NCBI GenBank assembly: GCA_009602725.1
Contig: WELB01000015.1
Coordinates: 692,391-747,315, forward strand
Origin: Spirogloea muscicola
Lineage: Eukaryota
DNA: 54,925 nucleotides
Direction of reading: 5' to 3'
The translations under genes were made by a program, and so were the position numbers. Each line of letters opens with the position of its first letter. The first letter of the stretch is position 1. This document shows, in pieces, positions 1 through 11,560 of the stretch. The notes below the pieces were generated by a model, which saw nothing but the letters and a program-made list of their open reading frames with translations, did no database searches and was not told the DNA's origin.

Positions 1-1537
1 GGCGGGGAGCGTCTGCAGCAGTCCTTTCTGCATACCATCGTGGATCTTCGACTTTTGCCGCAGTAGATACCAGGTGCTTGCCTGCATGAGCGCACTGCCC
101 CAGCCTCCGCCGCTGCCCCTCAGGCGGTGGGCAGTGCGTCCATCCAGCCTCGCGCCTCCTATCTGCCTGCTGAGCAATTGCCGGGAAAACCTCGCTCTCC
201 CCCCCCCCTTTCACAGATCCTCTTTCCCCTCCTCATTCAGCTTCTCGCATTGCTGCTCTAGGTAGTCATGATGATTCGGGTCACAATGCCTTCGTCCAAG
301 ACCACTGTAACTGCCTAGGCTGTGAGCGACCTGATGCAATGGACAACCGAGGATGCGTGATGCCGTAGCCATGTTTGAGTTGCATTGTATTTTGGTATCA
401 CCTGCTTATTCTGATGTCAAGAGTGCTTCAAAAGCCATCAATGTGCTCGAGTTGGGCTCATCTGCGCAACTACTCTGACATCAGCCGGTTTTTCTGGGGC
501 GGGAAAAGAAGCCAACCCTTTCTTTGGCGCAGTAACATGATGGATGCTCAGCCACAAACCGTTTGTCTCATCGTGCGACTCCCTATTGCACAGCAAGACG
601 CTTGTGCATGCCTTAGTGGTTTCTTGTACTACAAAAGAGCATAAAATCTTGAGCTTGTCTTCAAGCGCTCCTTGAGGTTTGTGCTTGTTTCGTTGATATC
701 ATGTGATATTTTCCCGTGATAGTTTTCCAATATTTAAGCCAGTGTAGTCTGCTTTGCTGCATATACAGGCCACATTGTTGCAAGCTTCCTTCTCAAATAT
801 CACAGCTGCCCACCTATTATGAACTTGCGCGGGGTTGGCCCTTTGCACGTCCTTCTACTGTGTGGCCTGCTTGTCCTCACAACTACAAATCTGAGATACA
901 GCCAGAGGTACTTTGCAACCTCTGTGTCCACTTCCATAGGACATTTTCACAAGCGCCTGAGCTGAGTCGCACTAATGGAAGCATGCAAGACAGCACAGTT
1001 AGAGAGAGTGAGATGCCCAAGCCAATCTTCAAGGGGCTTGCGCGTGGGAATTGTTCGGCTGGATGTGGGAGGCCTAGTGATGAGAGATGCTCTTTCAGGG
1101 GAGAGAAGGCAACGGCTGCGCAATGCCAGCCCTTTGACGATGGACAAGAGAAAGAGGCGTGATTCATGAGGCAAAAGTGAGGCCACAAGCCGAGCCAATA
1201 CTTCAAGCAAAAGGTGGAAGATTAAGTGGAAGAAACCAAGAATGGCATCATACAAAGCGAAAGCCTTAAAGTAAAAAGCAGGGCAAGACTAGATAGGGCT
1301 CGTGTACCAACCGACGAATGAGCAGAAGCTCTTCCAAAGGGTGCGACAATTGTGAAAAGCCTACAAAGAAGTCGAAAGTAGAAAACGAAGGAAATGAAGC
1401 GAGTGACCGCTGCGCTGCGGTGGGCGCTACATGACCCCTTTCCAGTACTCAGGCATCGAGTAGCGACCTTTATGTATTGACCCGTGGTTGCTGAGCGGGT
1501 GTATCTGCTGTAGATGGTGTACGTCTCCAGACGTAGA

Positions 1538-1596
1538 TGTGCTTCCCTTTTGTGCTTGGCCACTTGGCCTTTTGTTTGTTTCAAATACACGAAATT
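1538..1596 (+). repeat. Copy of short dispersed repeat (TGTGCTT.CC.TTGT.CTTGGCCA...CAAATACACGA family)
   Basis: Similar to the 61-bp insertion at 15454-15514, to 30740-30765 and to the reverse copy at 51499-51563. Confidence 0.65.
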
Positions 1597-1696
1597 TCTC
1601 TTTTCAATGGCAATCGTCTAAACGGCGGCGGGAGGTAACGGCGTTAACCGAGGTAGCCGTCGCCCTAGGCTTCGCCTGAAACCCTAAACCTAAACC

Positions 1697-1723
1697 ATGG
1701 CCGCGGCCATGGCCGTCGCCGCA

Positions 1724-1754
<31 letters not shown>

Positions 1755-4700
1755 CGGCGTGCGGGCCGCCGCGGGATGCGGCGGGAAACGTGGGCCTCCG
1801 ATGCCGGCACCCCGGCCGGCCGCTTGTAATGGCACATCCTTAGATCCTGCTCTGGTCACTCAGCCGGTTGATCTTCCAATTCTCGGATTTGCCCCCTGGC
1901 CGGGCGCCACAGCACTTTCGGCGACTGCACGTGCGCGTCCCCTAGACCGGCCTGGACTGCCCCCGCCGACTCGCGTCTTTTCGGGACACGCGGTGACTTG
2001 GAATCTGCCATGTCGACTCTGCTCTTGCGGATCTTCTCTGTACTCCGACCTGCGCCTGCTCAANGCGGCCGGCGCGGGTGTCCAACCCGTTCCTGGAGGC
2101 GGCGCGGGGGCGCGCGCGGCTGGACGACGCGCTGGCGGCGGTCTTCCGCTCCGAGCTCGCGCGGCGCGTCGCCGCCACCGCCGCGCTGCTCCTCGCCTCC
2201 CGCGTCGGCCACCACGCCCCGCTCCCGGGCTTCCGCCGCGCCGCGCTCCCCGCCGCCATCGACCTCCTCGGCACAGGTTGGCGGTTCGTCACAGCGCCGA
2301 GACGGCCCAGGGTCCAGGGTTTCTGTGAGGCTCTCGGTCGCTGGTTGTAGGTCGAGGGTTCGATTCCTATATGTACCCAGGATCGAGCAATTAGGGCTCA
2401 GGGCGTTAAGCCGTGAGTCAGGGCGTCAGGGTTCATATTACTGTGTATTGGGGTTTGATTGCGCTTTGGGCCCAGGATGCAGCATCAGGGCTCAGGGCGT
2501 TAAGCCGTGAGTTAATGGTTTAGGATTTATGTCACTGTGTATTGGGGTTTGATTGCAGTTTGGGCCCAGGATCGAGCATATAGGGCTCAGGGCGTTAAGC
2601 CGTGAGTCAGGGCTTTAGCAACGGGGTTTAATTGCAGTTTGGGCCCAGGATCGAGCATATAGGGCTCAGGGCGTTAAGCCGTGAGTCAGGGCTTCAGGGT
2701 TTTCGTTACTGTGTTTGAGTTGAGGGCCTGCCATCCGACTGTAGTGCAGCGCCGCTGCAAAGAGAATTCAATCACTTATGTACAGATAATAGCACATTAC
2801 ATTTGAGTTCTTCTGCAAAATTGCTGCTTCTGTGAGTCAAATCGAGTGATTGCTGTTTGTTAGGGTCACCAAGACCGGCCTTGACAAGCAAATGGCTTGC
2901 TCTGCGCCATATAAGCATCTCTCGATGCCTCCCCTAGACGCCGGTCGGGCTGCTGCCATCAACAGTTAGGCAGGGTTTGCAGGTCCAGGCAATGGGAAGG
3001 ATTCACAGGCTTCCATACCGTCTGTACTGTGTCCTGCAGAGACGATGCTAGTCACTAGCTGGTGGCAGCTCTGAGAGTGCGTGTGCCGCGGCCATGTTTT
3101 CCAGGCTTGGGGCAGGACGCCGGCTGCCGCCTGAGCCTGTTCGAGCTTGGCATTGGGCCGTCCATCTGGGCATCCATCGTCATGAAGGTTAGACAAGGAA
3201 ATGGGTTGCTCCGGAGGGCCCATTACAGCGGCTGTCCTGAAGAAGCGGCATGCCTAGCTGCGGCGGCAATGAAGGCCTGAGGCATCCTCTTCTGAACGCT
3301 CATTTGAAGCATTGACCAGTTCAAGTACTTAACATCGGTGGTCGTGTGTAGAGGCTGACACGAGCGTGCCGGGGTCTTGTGGGGACAGGCGGCAAGCACG
3401 GTGCTTCCCGAGCTCAAGGCGATGCAGAAGAAGGGCCTTGAGGGCCAGGCGCAGCTCAAGCGCCTCACGTGAGCACCTAGCCGCGCTGCTCAACGATTCT
3501 TATCTCGACATTAGCTGCAGCCTCTTGACCGTTTGTGCTCATAAACCTCTGGGATGCTAAGGATTTTGGCTAGAGTTAGAAAGGGTTTTCTTGCTTCAGC
3601 TTAGGCACCCTATCATGGCTGTCCTTAACAACCAACCGTGTGATCGCTGTCGAATGTGTAAAGTCAGTGGGCTCGCCATGTTAGGTTCGCTCAGTGTAAA
3701 TCACAGATGCTAGTCATGCCATCCTTGGCAGCAACATCGGCCTGTTGTACTCATCTTGGGGGTTAGAGCTCAGATTGTGGACACAAGCCTTGGGTCTCAA
3801 ATCTTGGCATTACAAACTACTGCTACACCCAATTTGGACGTTGGAATTGTGAGGGGCGAGATTGTCAAGGTGAATGAACTTCACTGGACCCTACATTGAG
3901 CACATCTATTAGCCCTGCTTCATGCCGTGGTGGTCCAGGTGGCGGGTTGCGCTCTTTGTGGCAGTCGTGGAAAGCGCGTGGCTTGCCTTCTCCAACCGGC
4001 AATATGCAGTGCATGCAGCTACCAGCAGGTGAGGTGAGCTTGTATGTCAAGGGCTGCCGTGCTGTCTGAGCTTCCTGCTTGCGCTTTCGGCTATGTCTTC
4101 CGCAAGTCTTTAAGCAAGATACTTAAACGTTTGGTTTTGTAGATGACTAATAGGCCCTGTGAGAGCTGCAGGTGGCGGTACTTTGTGGTCACGATGTCGC
4201 TCGCGACGCTGGGCGCCATGGTGCTGAATTGGATCAGCGAGCGCATGACTGAGGATGGCTTTGGTGGGTGCTTTCACCTCCCTGCGCTCCCATGTCTGCT
4301 CTTTACATTCTGATGATTGCAAGTCATTCTGCTGGGCTTTTTTGAGAGCACTCTGCCTTTCTTGGAATAAAGGAGTGGATTGTTTAAGAAGCAATGTCTA
4401 ATGCTCAGCAGCATCTCTCTGTCTTGATAAATAGAAGGGCTCACTGTTCACAGGTCAGGGCTAGGGTCGGAATTTCATATCCAGCTTGGGCTACCGCAGA
4501 CAAGCGGCTGCCAGGAGCGACACTAGAAGGGGGACCATTTCGTTGGAAGTAACATCACATGTAGTTGTTTTGATAATATTACATTTTAACACTCCACTCC
4601 TTCTGGTTGTTTAGGAGAGGGCACCAGCATCCTGATCTGCGTCGACATCCTCCTCGGCTACATGCAGTCCCTCCGCATTCTGCTCGCCAACTTCCAGAGT

Positions 4701-6946
4701 GCGTGCTCGGCACCGTGTTTGAAGCTTTTCAGTCTTTCGAATGCATTATGTGTCAGAAAGCGCCCGCGCCCTCCCTGGGGCGTATCTACTCCCTCCCGCT
4801 TAGCAGTCCTAAGAGTGGTCAGTGTCCTGCTGTGTACATATAATCAATACCCCAATTCTTCGGGTCTTCTTGCGCTCTTAATGTGCTTGTCCACCAAGCA
4901 ATGTCATCTTAAACACTCCAGCCTTCTGTCACGCAAGCTGACATTTAGCTGCTTCTTCTGGAGGCCTCACACTTCCCATTGCTTACTGGTCCAGCTGCTG
5001 GAGCCGCAGCCGCCGCACGGAGCGCCGGCCTCGCTGGCTGGGTCGCAGTCATGACCGTCGGCGCTGCCTACCTGACGCTTGGCGTGCGCCGAGTGCCGCT
5101 GCAGTACTACGAGTTCGAGCTCGCCGCCCCTGGCAGGTACCCACTTTGCTCATGCCCACCATGCGCTATGCACCATACACACACTGCTTGCACACTCCCT
5201 CCCTCTCTCCCTCCCTGCCTCTCCTCTCTCTCTCTGTCCCCGGCGCACCTCCACCCCCCTCACACACAAACTCATCCTTTCGTTAAGCTTTATAAGACCC
5301 AAAATCTCAGGACTTCAATGTAGCATATGAGAAGGTTGCTATTGGAGCCCTCTTGGGAGATGCATTGCCGAATTTCAGAGGACTGCCTTGTGTCATTGAA
5401 TTCTGATTTAGGATATGAAGTGCTGGACTACGTAGTGCTATTGGTTCTTAAGTTGCTAACTGTCATTTCTTTCTCTCTTTGCGCATGAAGCAGCTCAAGT
5501 CAACAGCCTGTGGTGGAGCCATACATTCCGCTTACCATCATCCCACAGGGCATGATGCCGGTCCTCACTGCGCAGATGGTCCTTAATGTGCCCAACATCC
5601 TCGCGAGGTAACCACTCTTCCAGGCCTCCTGCACTTGCCTTGCCATGAAACTCGGCAAGGGGCCATCTAAAAACGTCGCGGCTCTTTCATAGCAGCCAGA
5701 ACAGTATGCCCCGTGCTGACAGTCGTTTATGACTGGCCCGTAGTGACAACACCAGCCATATCTTACAGATGCTCTTGAATTCTGAAATGAATTTGAAATC
5801 TTGAATTTTTCAATGGGAGTCTGTTCTCAAGTGGTATGCCAGAAGCTGTTCTCTCAAGTGATACACCAGAGGCATAAGTATAGATAAAGTAGGCACTGCA
5901 AGACTGCAGTTATTGGCTCTGATCTCCTCCCATGCGGCTTGCGCAGCATCTTACGCACGCCGTTCTGGGTCAGGCTGCAAGCGCTGCTCAGCCCTGCGGG
6001 AGCAGGCACCGCCATCATGGCACCGTTCGCGCACTACGCTGTCCTCTTTGCGCTTATAGTGGTCTTCAACTGCTGGGACCCTGTGAGATGCTTAATTTTT
6101 GCCCAGGGCTTGAATGCCAGTTAGTGAATGCCAGTTAGTCAAGGACAGAGCCAGGATGTAGAGCCTGATTTGTAGCTGCATTTGTAGCTTAGTCGAAAGA
6201 GACTCTTTATGTTTCTCAATCCTTGACATTGTGTTTGATCTCCTTCCTGCAGTCTGATCCAGCCAAGGACTGGTCGGAGTGGCTATCCAAGATTGGCGCA
6301 CGCATCCCAGGGGTCAAACCTGGCCTTCGCACGGTTGAGCACCTCCGGTCGCTTCGCAGCTCGACCACTCTGTGCGGTAAACTGTTTCAACCTAGCTTGA
6401 TTATGACGAGAAGCTTAGATTTGCAGTTTGATTCGTGACTTACGTAGAATTTCCGGCTCTTAATTCTGAAGGAATGCCAGTCGTTTAGAGATGGTGCACG
6501 GTTGTGGACGCCACAAGGGACGATCAATAAAATGCAGGCTGACCGTATTATGAGGACTCTGTGCTGTGAAGGTGGTGTGCTCCTGGCACTGCTCACATGT
6601 GCATCGGGCGCGGTAGACCAACGCGCCCGTGCCACCAACCCCGGTGGCAGCGGCTCCATTGGCTTCACCTCCATGCTCATCATTGTGAACTCCGCAACTT
6701 GCAGCTTATATCAACATGCTTAGATAGCTTGCGACAGCGCTTACCAGCTCAAGAATCATTGTCGAGCCAAGTATGCTCAAGCCCAGATTATTGGAGTTTA
6801 GCACCGCTTGTCCTGTGAAATGATGAATACGCTGGAGCTCATGTGGTGTGCAGATGGGGAGTATCATCTCATTACGCCGCACGGTGCTGGCATATCAGCA
6901 GCTGCCGCGGCTGGAGAAGGTGCTCCGGCGGCAGGCTGCCGCCTAA
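1697..6946 (+). CDS. SCY2: Plastid preprotein translocase subunit SecY2 (SCY2), about 13 exons
   Basis: Exons at about 1697-1825, 2065-2276, 3105-3187, 3388-3468, 3939-4028, 4172-4264, 4615-4698, 4995-5136, 5491-5607, 5947-6082, 6253-6376, 6572-6684 and 6854-6946 give FRSELARR..SRVGHHAPLPGF, LSLFELGIGPSIWASIVMK, GFGEGTSILICVDIL, VRRVPLQYYEFEL, VEPYIPLTIIPQGMMPVL, LSKIGARIPGVKPG, SIGFTSMLII and MGSIISLRR..stop. These match plant SCY2 as I recall it. Exon 1 and the exon-2 acceptor (an N at 2064) are less certain. Confidence 0.92.
2376..2718. repeat. Intronic minisatellite, 4 units of about 80-95 bp
   Basis: The core CCCAGGATCGAGCA..AGGGCTCAGGGCGTTAAGCCGTGAGT starts at 2376, 2471, 2564 and 2644. 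Confidence 0.9.
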
Positions 6947-7525
6947 TTGCGCCGCCTCTCGGCTGCTCCTGTACATTCTTTAGTCAGCTTCACTGTAGTC
7001 CACCCAAACTCATAAGCTCACATTAGCAACCTCTGGCGCCTTCTGTCAGTGCACGGCAGTCTTGGGGCAGCCTTTCACCTGCATATACAGTCCGACTGCT
7101 GCAGCGGTCTCACAGGAGCTCCAAAGTCTTTTTGCTTCCCAAAAGCAGAATGCAAGTGCTGGAAAAAGGCAAAGCAGCACCAGCGCCAAAATAATTTGGC
7201 ACAGTTAATTCGACGAGCCGTGGGGAACCGGCTAGGCAATGGTGGGGAAACGGTAGGTACATTTTAGAAGTGAGTCTCGGGTTACACTGGCCTTGAGGCC
7301 TGGGGGATGAGAGGAGCCGGATGGCCCACCCATTATACTATGTAATTTCCTCCTCACCAAGCAATAAGGGTGTGGAGGACCGGGACCAAGACAAGTCTTC
7401 TTGGCCCAGTCTTTCACTCTCTATTGCCGCCGTTGCTATTACAACAGTAGGCGTAGCGCGCGCGTTCAGTGCCTCGTTAAGAGTGCGTGGGCGTAGGCGT
7501 TAGGCATAATCGCCGCTAAAAAGCC

Positions 7526-9196
7526 TCACTCCGAGAAGCTTCCGTCAAGGGCACGCAAGACTCGGACCACTTGGTAAGCCACAGAGATTGTGACCTTGTG
7601 TATTGTGGAGCTATTGACAAGCACTATCTTGCATTGCTCAGGAGTTACTGCACATATCCAGCATCTTTCCAATTCCTTGCAAGAATGCATACTGCATCGT
7701 GTTTGGACAACTCTATCCGAAGTAGATAGGCTGGGCTTGGCCCCTGTTCCGGTGCGAGTATCTACCTAATTGGTTTCGAACCGAACTACTATCTGTTTGT
7801 TTCGGACCGCTTCGGACTCAGAGATCATTCTCAGGACTTGCAGTGAGTGCTTGAGTGTAAATCTTGTTGCTTGCACTTATTAACTGGGCCGAGAAGACTT
7901 CATAGTCAGATACAATAGGATCAAACAGGCTCAAAAGCTTTTGATCTGACTCTGTCGCACAACGCAAATTGTCCAGTTGTCCTCTCTTGGCATGATGCTT
8001 ACTTGGATAGCATACGTAACCCTAAGCATTCAAGACATGGCATTTGGCATCAAAAGCTTGACCTATTAGACGTGAATTGGGTCCTAAAGGGGAAGTGTGG
8101 GAGAGTAATATCTCCTGGGTTGTAACCCAAACACTTTTCTCTCTCCCTGGGGTTAAGTTCTTCGAAGACATCACTCGGAGCATTCCTTGGGCTAGTACCC
8201 CATTCGTCTCCCGGTGATTGATAGATGCTTCTGAGGCCATTAGAGCAGGAAAAGTGAACCGCGGTACACGTTGTCCCTCCTTGTTGAAGGCATGACGACG
8301 GTTGTACCTATATTCCATGACTTCCCGACCTGGAGGTGAGGCCTTACGGGCATGAGATTGGATGGTCGATGTTGCAGACGTGCATTGACCACCAACATCG
8401 ACCCCCCCAATCTTTATGCCCATATGACCCAAGATCCAGGTCGGGAAGTTATGCCCATGGAATATAGGTACAACCGTCGTCATGCATTCAACAAGGAGGG
8501 ACAACGCGAACCGCGGGTCAGTCTTCCTACTCTAATGGTCTCAGAAGCATCTGACAACTTCCGGGACACAGATGGAGTACCGGCCCAAGGCATGATCCGG
8601 GTGAGGTCTACCGGATTGTATGGAGAGCTTTACCCCAGGGAGCGAGAGAAATGTATGGGATACAACCCAGGAGATCATGACTCTCCTACACTTCCCCCAT
8701 AGGACCAATACGTCTAACAGGTCAAGCATTTGATGCAAACGCCATACGCGTGAGGGTTGATGGGTGGCTGCTTGTGACAGTCAGAGAACTCGCATTTGGC
8801 CGCTACCAGCTGCTGCAGCTCTTACAGTCGGCTGGGGACACGCCCGCCATCACTACTAATGTGCCTTCATCTGCTGCTGGCATCCCGGAGCCGGTCGCCA
8901 AGTGGGTCCCCACCAGGGCCCGCAGTCTGCCCGCAGCGGCGTAGGACCGTCCCTGCGCCATCGCCGGCCAGGGCGTTGTGGGTTGTCAGGGTTCTGCTCA
9001 GGAGCCCGGGGCCTGGCTCCTTAACAGGTATTGGTTTTAGCCTTAATTTAAACCCTAACCTAAACCCAAACCCCCTAGACCCTGAACCCCTGACCCTAAC
9101 CCTAAGCCCTAATCCCACGACCGCAGCGGCGGCGGACGCGGCGTCGGCGGCGGCGTAGGCGGCGACGGCGGCGGCGGCGGCGGCGGCCGCGGCGGC
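7526..9196 (-). CDS. Uncharacterised multi-exon protein (5' end in gap)
   Basis: Phase-compatible exons gap-9122, 8952-8826, 7945-~7851, 7765-~7692 and ~7623-7526 read AAYAAADAASAAAA/GRSYAAAGRLRALVGTHLATG..GVSPAD/YQKLLSLFDPIVSDYEVFSAQL..IYTQ/VDTRTGTGAKPSLSTSDRVVQTRC/MLVNSSTIHKVTISVAYQVVRVLRALDGSFSE-stop. I could not name the family. Confidence 0.6.
8018..8758. repeat. Long imperfect inverted repeat (foldback/hairpin) inside an intron
   Basis: 8038-8333 is reverse-complementary to 8436-8745 (for example GACGGTTGTACCTATATTCCATG / CATGGAATATAGGTACAACCGTC). The centre also pairs (GGTCGATGTTG / CAACATCGACC). Confidence 0.92.
9030..9116. repeat. Degenerate telomere-like (CCCTAA/CCCTAAA) tract in intron
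   Basis: AAACCCTAACCTAAACCCAAACCCCCTAGACCCTGAACCCCTGACCCTAACCCTAAGCCCTAA. Confidence 0.8.
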
Positions 9197-9912
9197 NNNN
9201 NNNNNNNNNNNNNNNNNNNNNNNNNNNNNNNNNNNNNNNNNNNNNNNNNNNNNNNNNNNNNNNNNNNNNNNNNNNNNNNNNNNNNNNNNNNNNNNNNNNN
9301 NNNNNNNNNNNNNNNNNNNNNNNNNNNNNNNNNNNNNNNNNNNNNNNNNNNNNNNNNNNNNNNNNNNNNNNNNNNNNNNNNNNNNNNNNNNNNNNNNNNN
9401 NNNNNNNNNNNNNNNNNNNNNNNNNNNNNNNNNNNNNNNNNNNNNNNNNNNNNNNNNNNNNNNNNNNNNNNNNNNNNNNNNNNNNNNNNNNNNNNNNNNN
9501 NNNNNNNNNNNNNNNNNNNNNNNNNNNNNNNNNNNNNNNNNNNNNNNNNNNNNNNNNNNNNNNNNNNNNNNNNNNNNNNNNNNNNNNNNNNNNNNNNNNN
9601 NNNNNNNNNNNNNNNNNNNNNNNNNNNNNNNNNNNNNNNNNNNNNNNNNNNNNNNNNNNNNNNNNNNNNNNNNNNNNNNNNNNNNNNNNNNNNNNNNNNN
9701 NNNNNNNNNNNNNNNNNNNNNNNNNNNNNNNNNNNNNNNNNNNNNNNNNNNNNNNNNNNNNNNNNNNNNNNNNNNNNNNNNNNNNNNNNNNNNNNNNNNN
9801 NNNNNNNNNNNNNNNNNNNNNNNNNNNNNNNNNNNNNNNNNNNNNNNNNNNNNNNNNNNNNNNNNNNNNNNNNNNNNNNNNNNNNNNNNNNNNNNNNNNN
9901 NNNNNNNNNNNN
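9197..9912. other. Assembly gap (others at 16333-16342, 20047-20411, 35543-36212)
   Basis: Runs of N, flanked by GC-rich or (GCG/GCC)n sequence at gene 5' ends. Confidence 1.
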
Positions 9913-10094
9913 GGCGGCTCGTCGAGCTCGGCCGCCAGCAGCACGGCCGCGGCGGCCATGCATGCGCCAGGACACACTCGACGCCGCTGCGAAGCCCGCG
10001 GCGGCGGCGGCGGCGGCGGCGGCGAAGGCATGGGGGCAGGGCGCTGACTTAGGGCCTCCGGCGGCGTGGCTGTTGCGGCGGCGGCGGCGCGCAG

Positions 10095-11560
10095 GACGGA
10101 GCTCTGCCGCTTCAGCGGCGCCAAGATCTACCCCGGCCGCGGCATCCGCTTCATCCGCTCCGACTCCCAGGTCCGCCTTGATACCCGTATTAGTGTATCT
10201 GTTCATGGCCAGTCCCGCGACCCGCCCCCCTCCTCCCCTCCGTATATTCCATCATTCATAGGGCCTCGGAGGGACAGGAAGTCAGTCTTATCTCAAGTAG
10301 CCATAGCCATAGGTAGGTGAGAAGGTATAATAGCAGCAACTGTGGAATGCCTGCATCTGGATTTGTTTGAGCTTTAATGATGTTCGTGGTTTCAAAGTCT
10401 GAAGACCCGGGTTCAAACCCCGGTCCTCGGGGGCAAGCTTTTCCTCCCCTGCCTTCCTCCTTGCCTCAGCATCCAGTCCCTCCCCCCTCTCGCTCGCCTC
10501 CCGCCGCCCTCCCTCCTTCCCTCCTCCTCCCGCCATCTCCTCCCTGCATCCCTCCTCCAGCCTCTCCTTCTGCGGGAGTCATGGGTACATGCTTCTCTGC
10601 ATTGATGCAGATTATATGGGATCAGCACAACCTGTTACTCAGATTCTGGACGTTAACCAACTTTTCCAACTTTCTGAAGAACGTAATGAGCACTCATGCT
10701 CCGTCCCTGGGCTCCCTCTCCCACTGTCTTTCTCGCAGGTCTTTCTGTTCGTGAACTCCAAGTGCAAGCGCTACTTCACCAACCGCCTCAAGCCCAGCAA
10801 GCTCTCCTGGACCGCACTCTACCGCAAGCAGCACAAGAAGGTGGGCTGCCGCCGCCGGCTCTTCTCAAGCTGCCCAGACAAGGGCTGTCTCGCTATGATG
10901 GTGCAGGCGATGCTGACAGCTGTGCTCGCGGCCTGCCGATGGCCGGCCATGGATGACGCCGCATGGCGAGCAGGATGTGACGGACGCCGTGGGACGCAAG
11001 AAGCGGCGGACGAGCAACAAGCAGCACAGCCGCTCCATCGTCGGCGCGTCGCTGGAGGTCATCCAGAAGCGGCGGACCGAGAAGACGGATGTTCGTGTCG
11101 CCGCCCGTGAGGCTGCACTCCGGCACGTGGCACTTGACCCCAGCAATGCTATTTAATGACCCTCTCTTAGGACCTGCAATGCTTGCTCATCTCTACTTGT
11201 AGGTAGTAATAGGAGCTCAGCATCTGCAGGGTGGTAATCTCTGATTTTACGGTTGGTAACTTACTGTGACCAACTGGTATGGTAGTTTGTGCTTTGATGT
11301 TCATGTCAATCTGATGACACGGGTATTACTGGGTCAGAATGTAACATGTCGAAGATTGTCTGTCAACTCGCCGCTGACCGGCATGGCGACACTGCCGTTG
11401 TTGTTGTGGCAGCGAGGTGAAGGAGCGGATAAAGAAGACCAAGGAGGAGAAGAAGGCCAAGAAGGTGGAGACGAGCAAGGTGGCGGGCAAGGGCATGGGC
11501 AAGGCGGCCGCGCCGCGCGCCTCCGCGCCCAAGAAGGTGGGCGCTGGCGGCAAGCGCTGA
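10095..11560 (+). CDS. RPL24: 60S ribosomal protein L24 (eL24); first mini-exon not seen, probably in gap
   Basis: Exons 10095-10170 ([25 protein letters not shown]), 10739-10840 ([20 protein letters not shown]), 10974-11122 ([23 protein letters not shown]) and 11413-11560 ([14 protein letters not shown]-stop). Confidence 0.97.

Noticed and set aside
1..1500. Short ORFs, including ..IVDLRLLPQ-stop resembling the retroelement tail
   Set aside because: The similarity is only about five residues, and the other ORFs are stop-interrupted and unrecognisable.
2376..2718. Repeat with variable spacers resembling a CRISPR array
   Set aside because: It lies in a eukaryotic intron, the spacers are related to each other, and there are no cas genes.
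8022..8702. Two opposite ORFs both containing MEYRYNRRHAFNKEGQR
   Set aside because: These are a by-product of the inverted repeat. The frames diverge through indels and show no recognisable domain.
9102..10206. Long ORFs spanning N runs (also at 19.5-20.8 kb and 35.4-36.4 kb)
   Set aside because: They are artefacts of translating through gaps.
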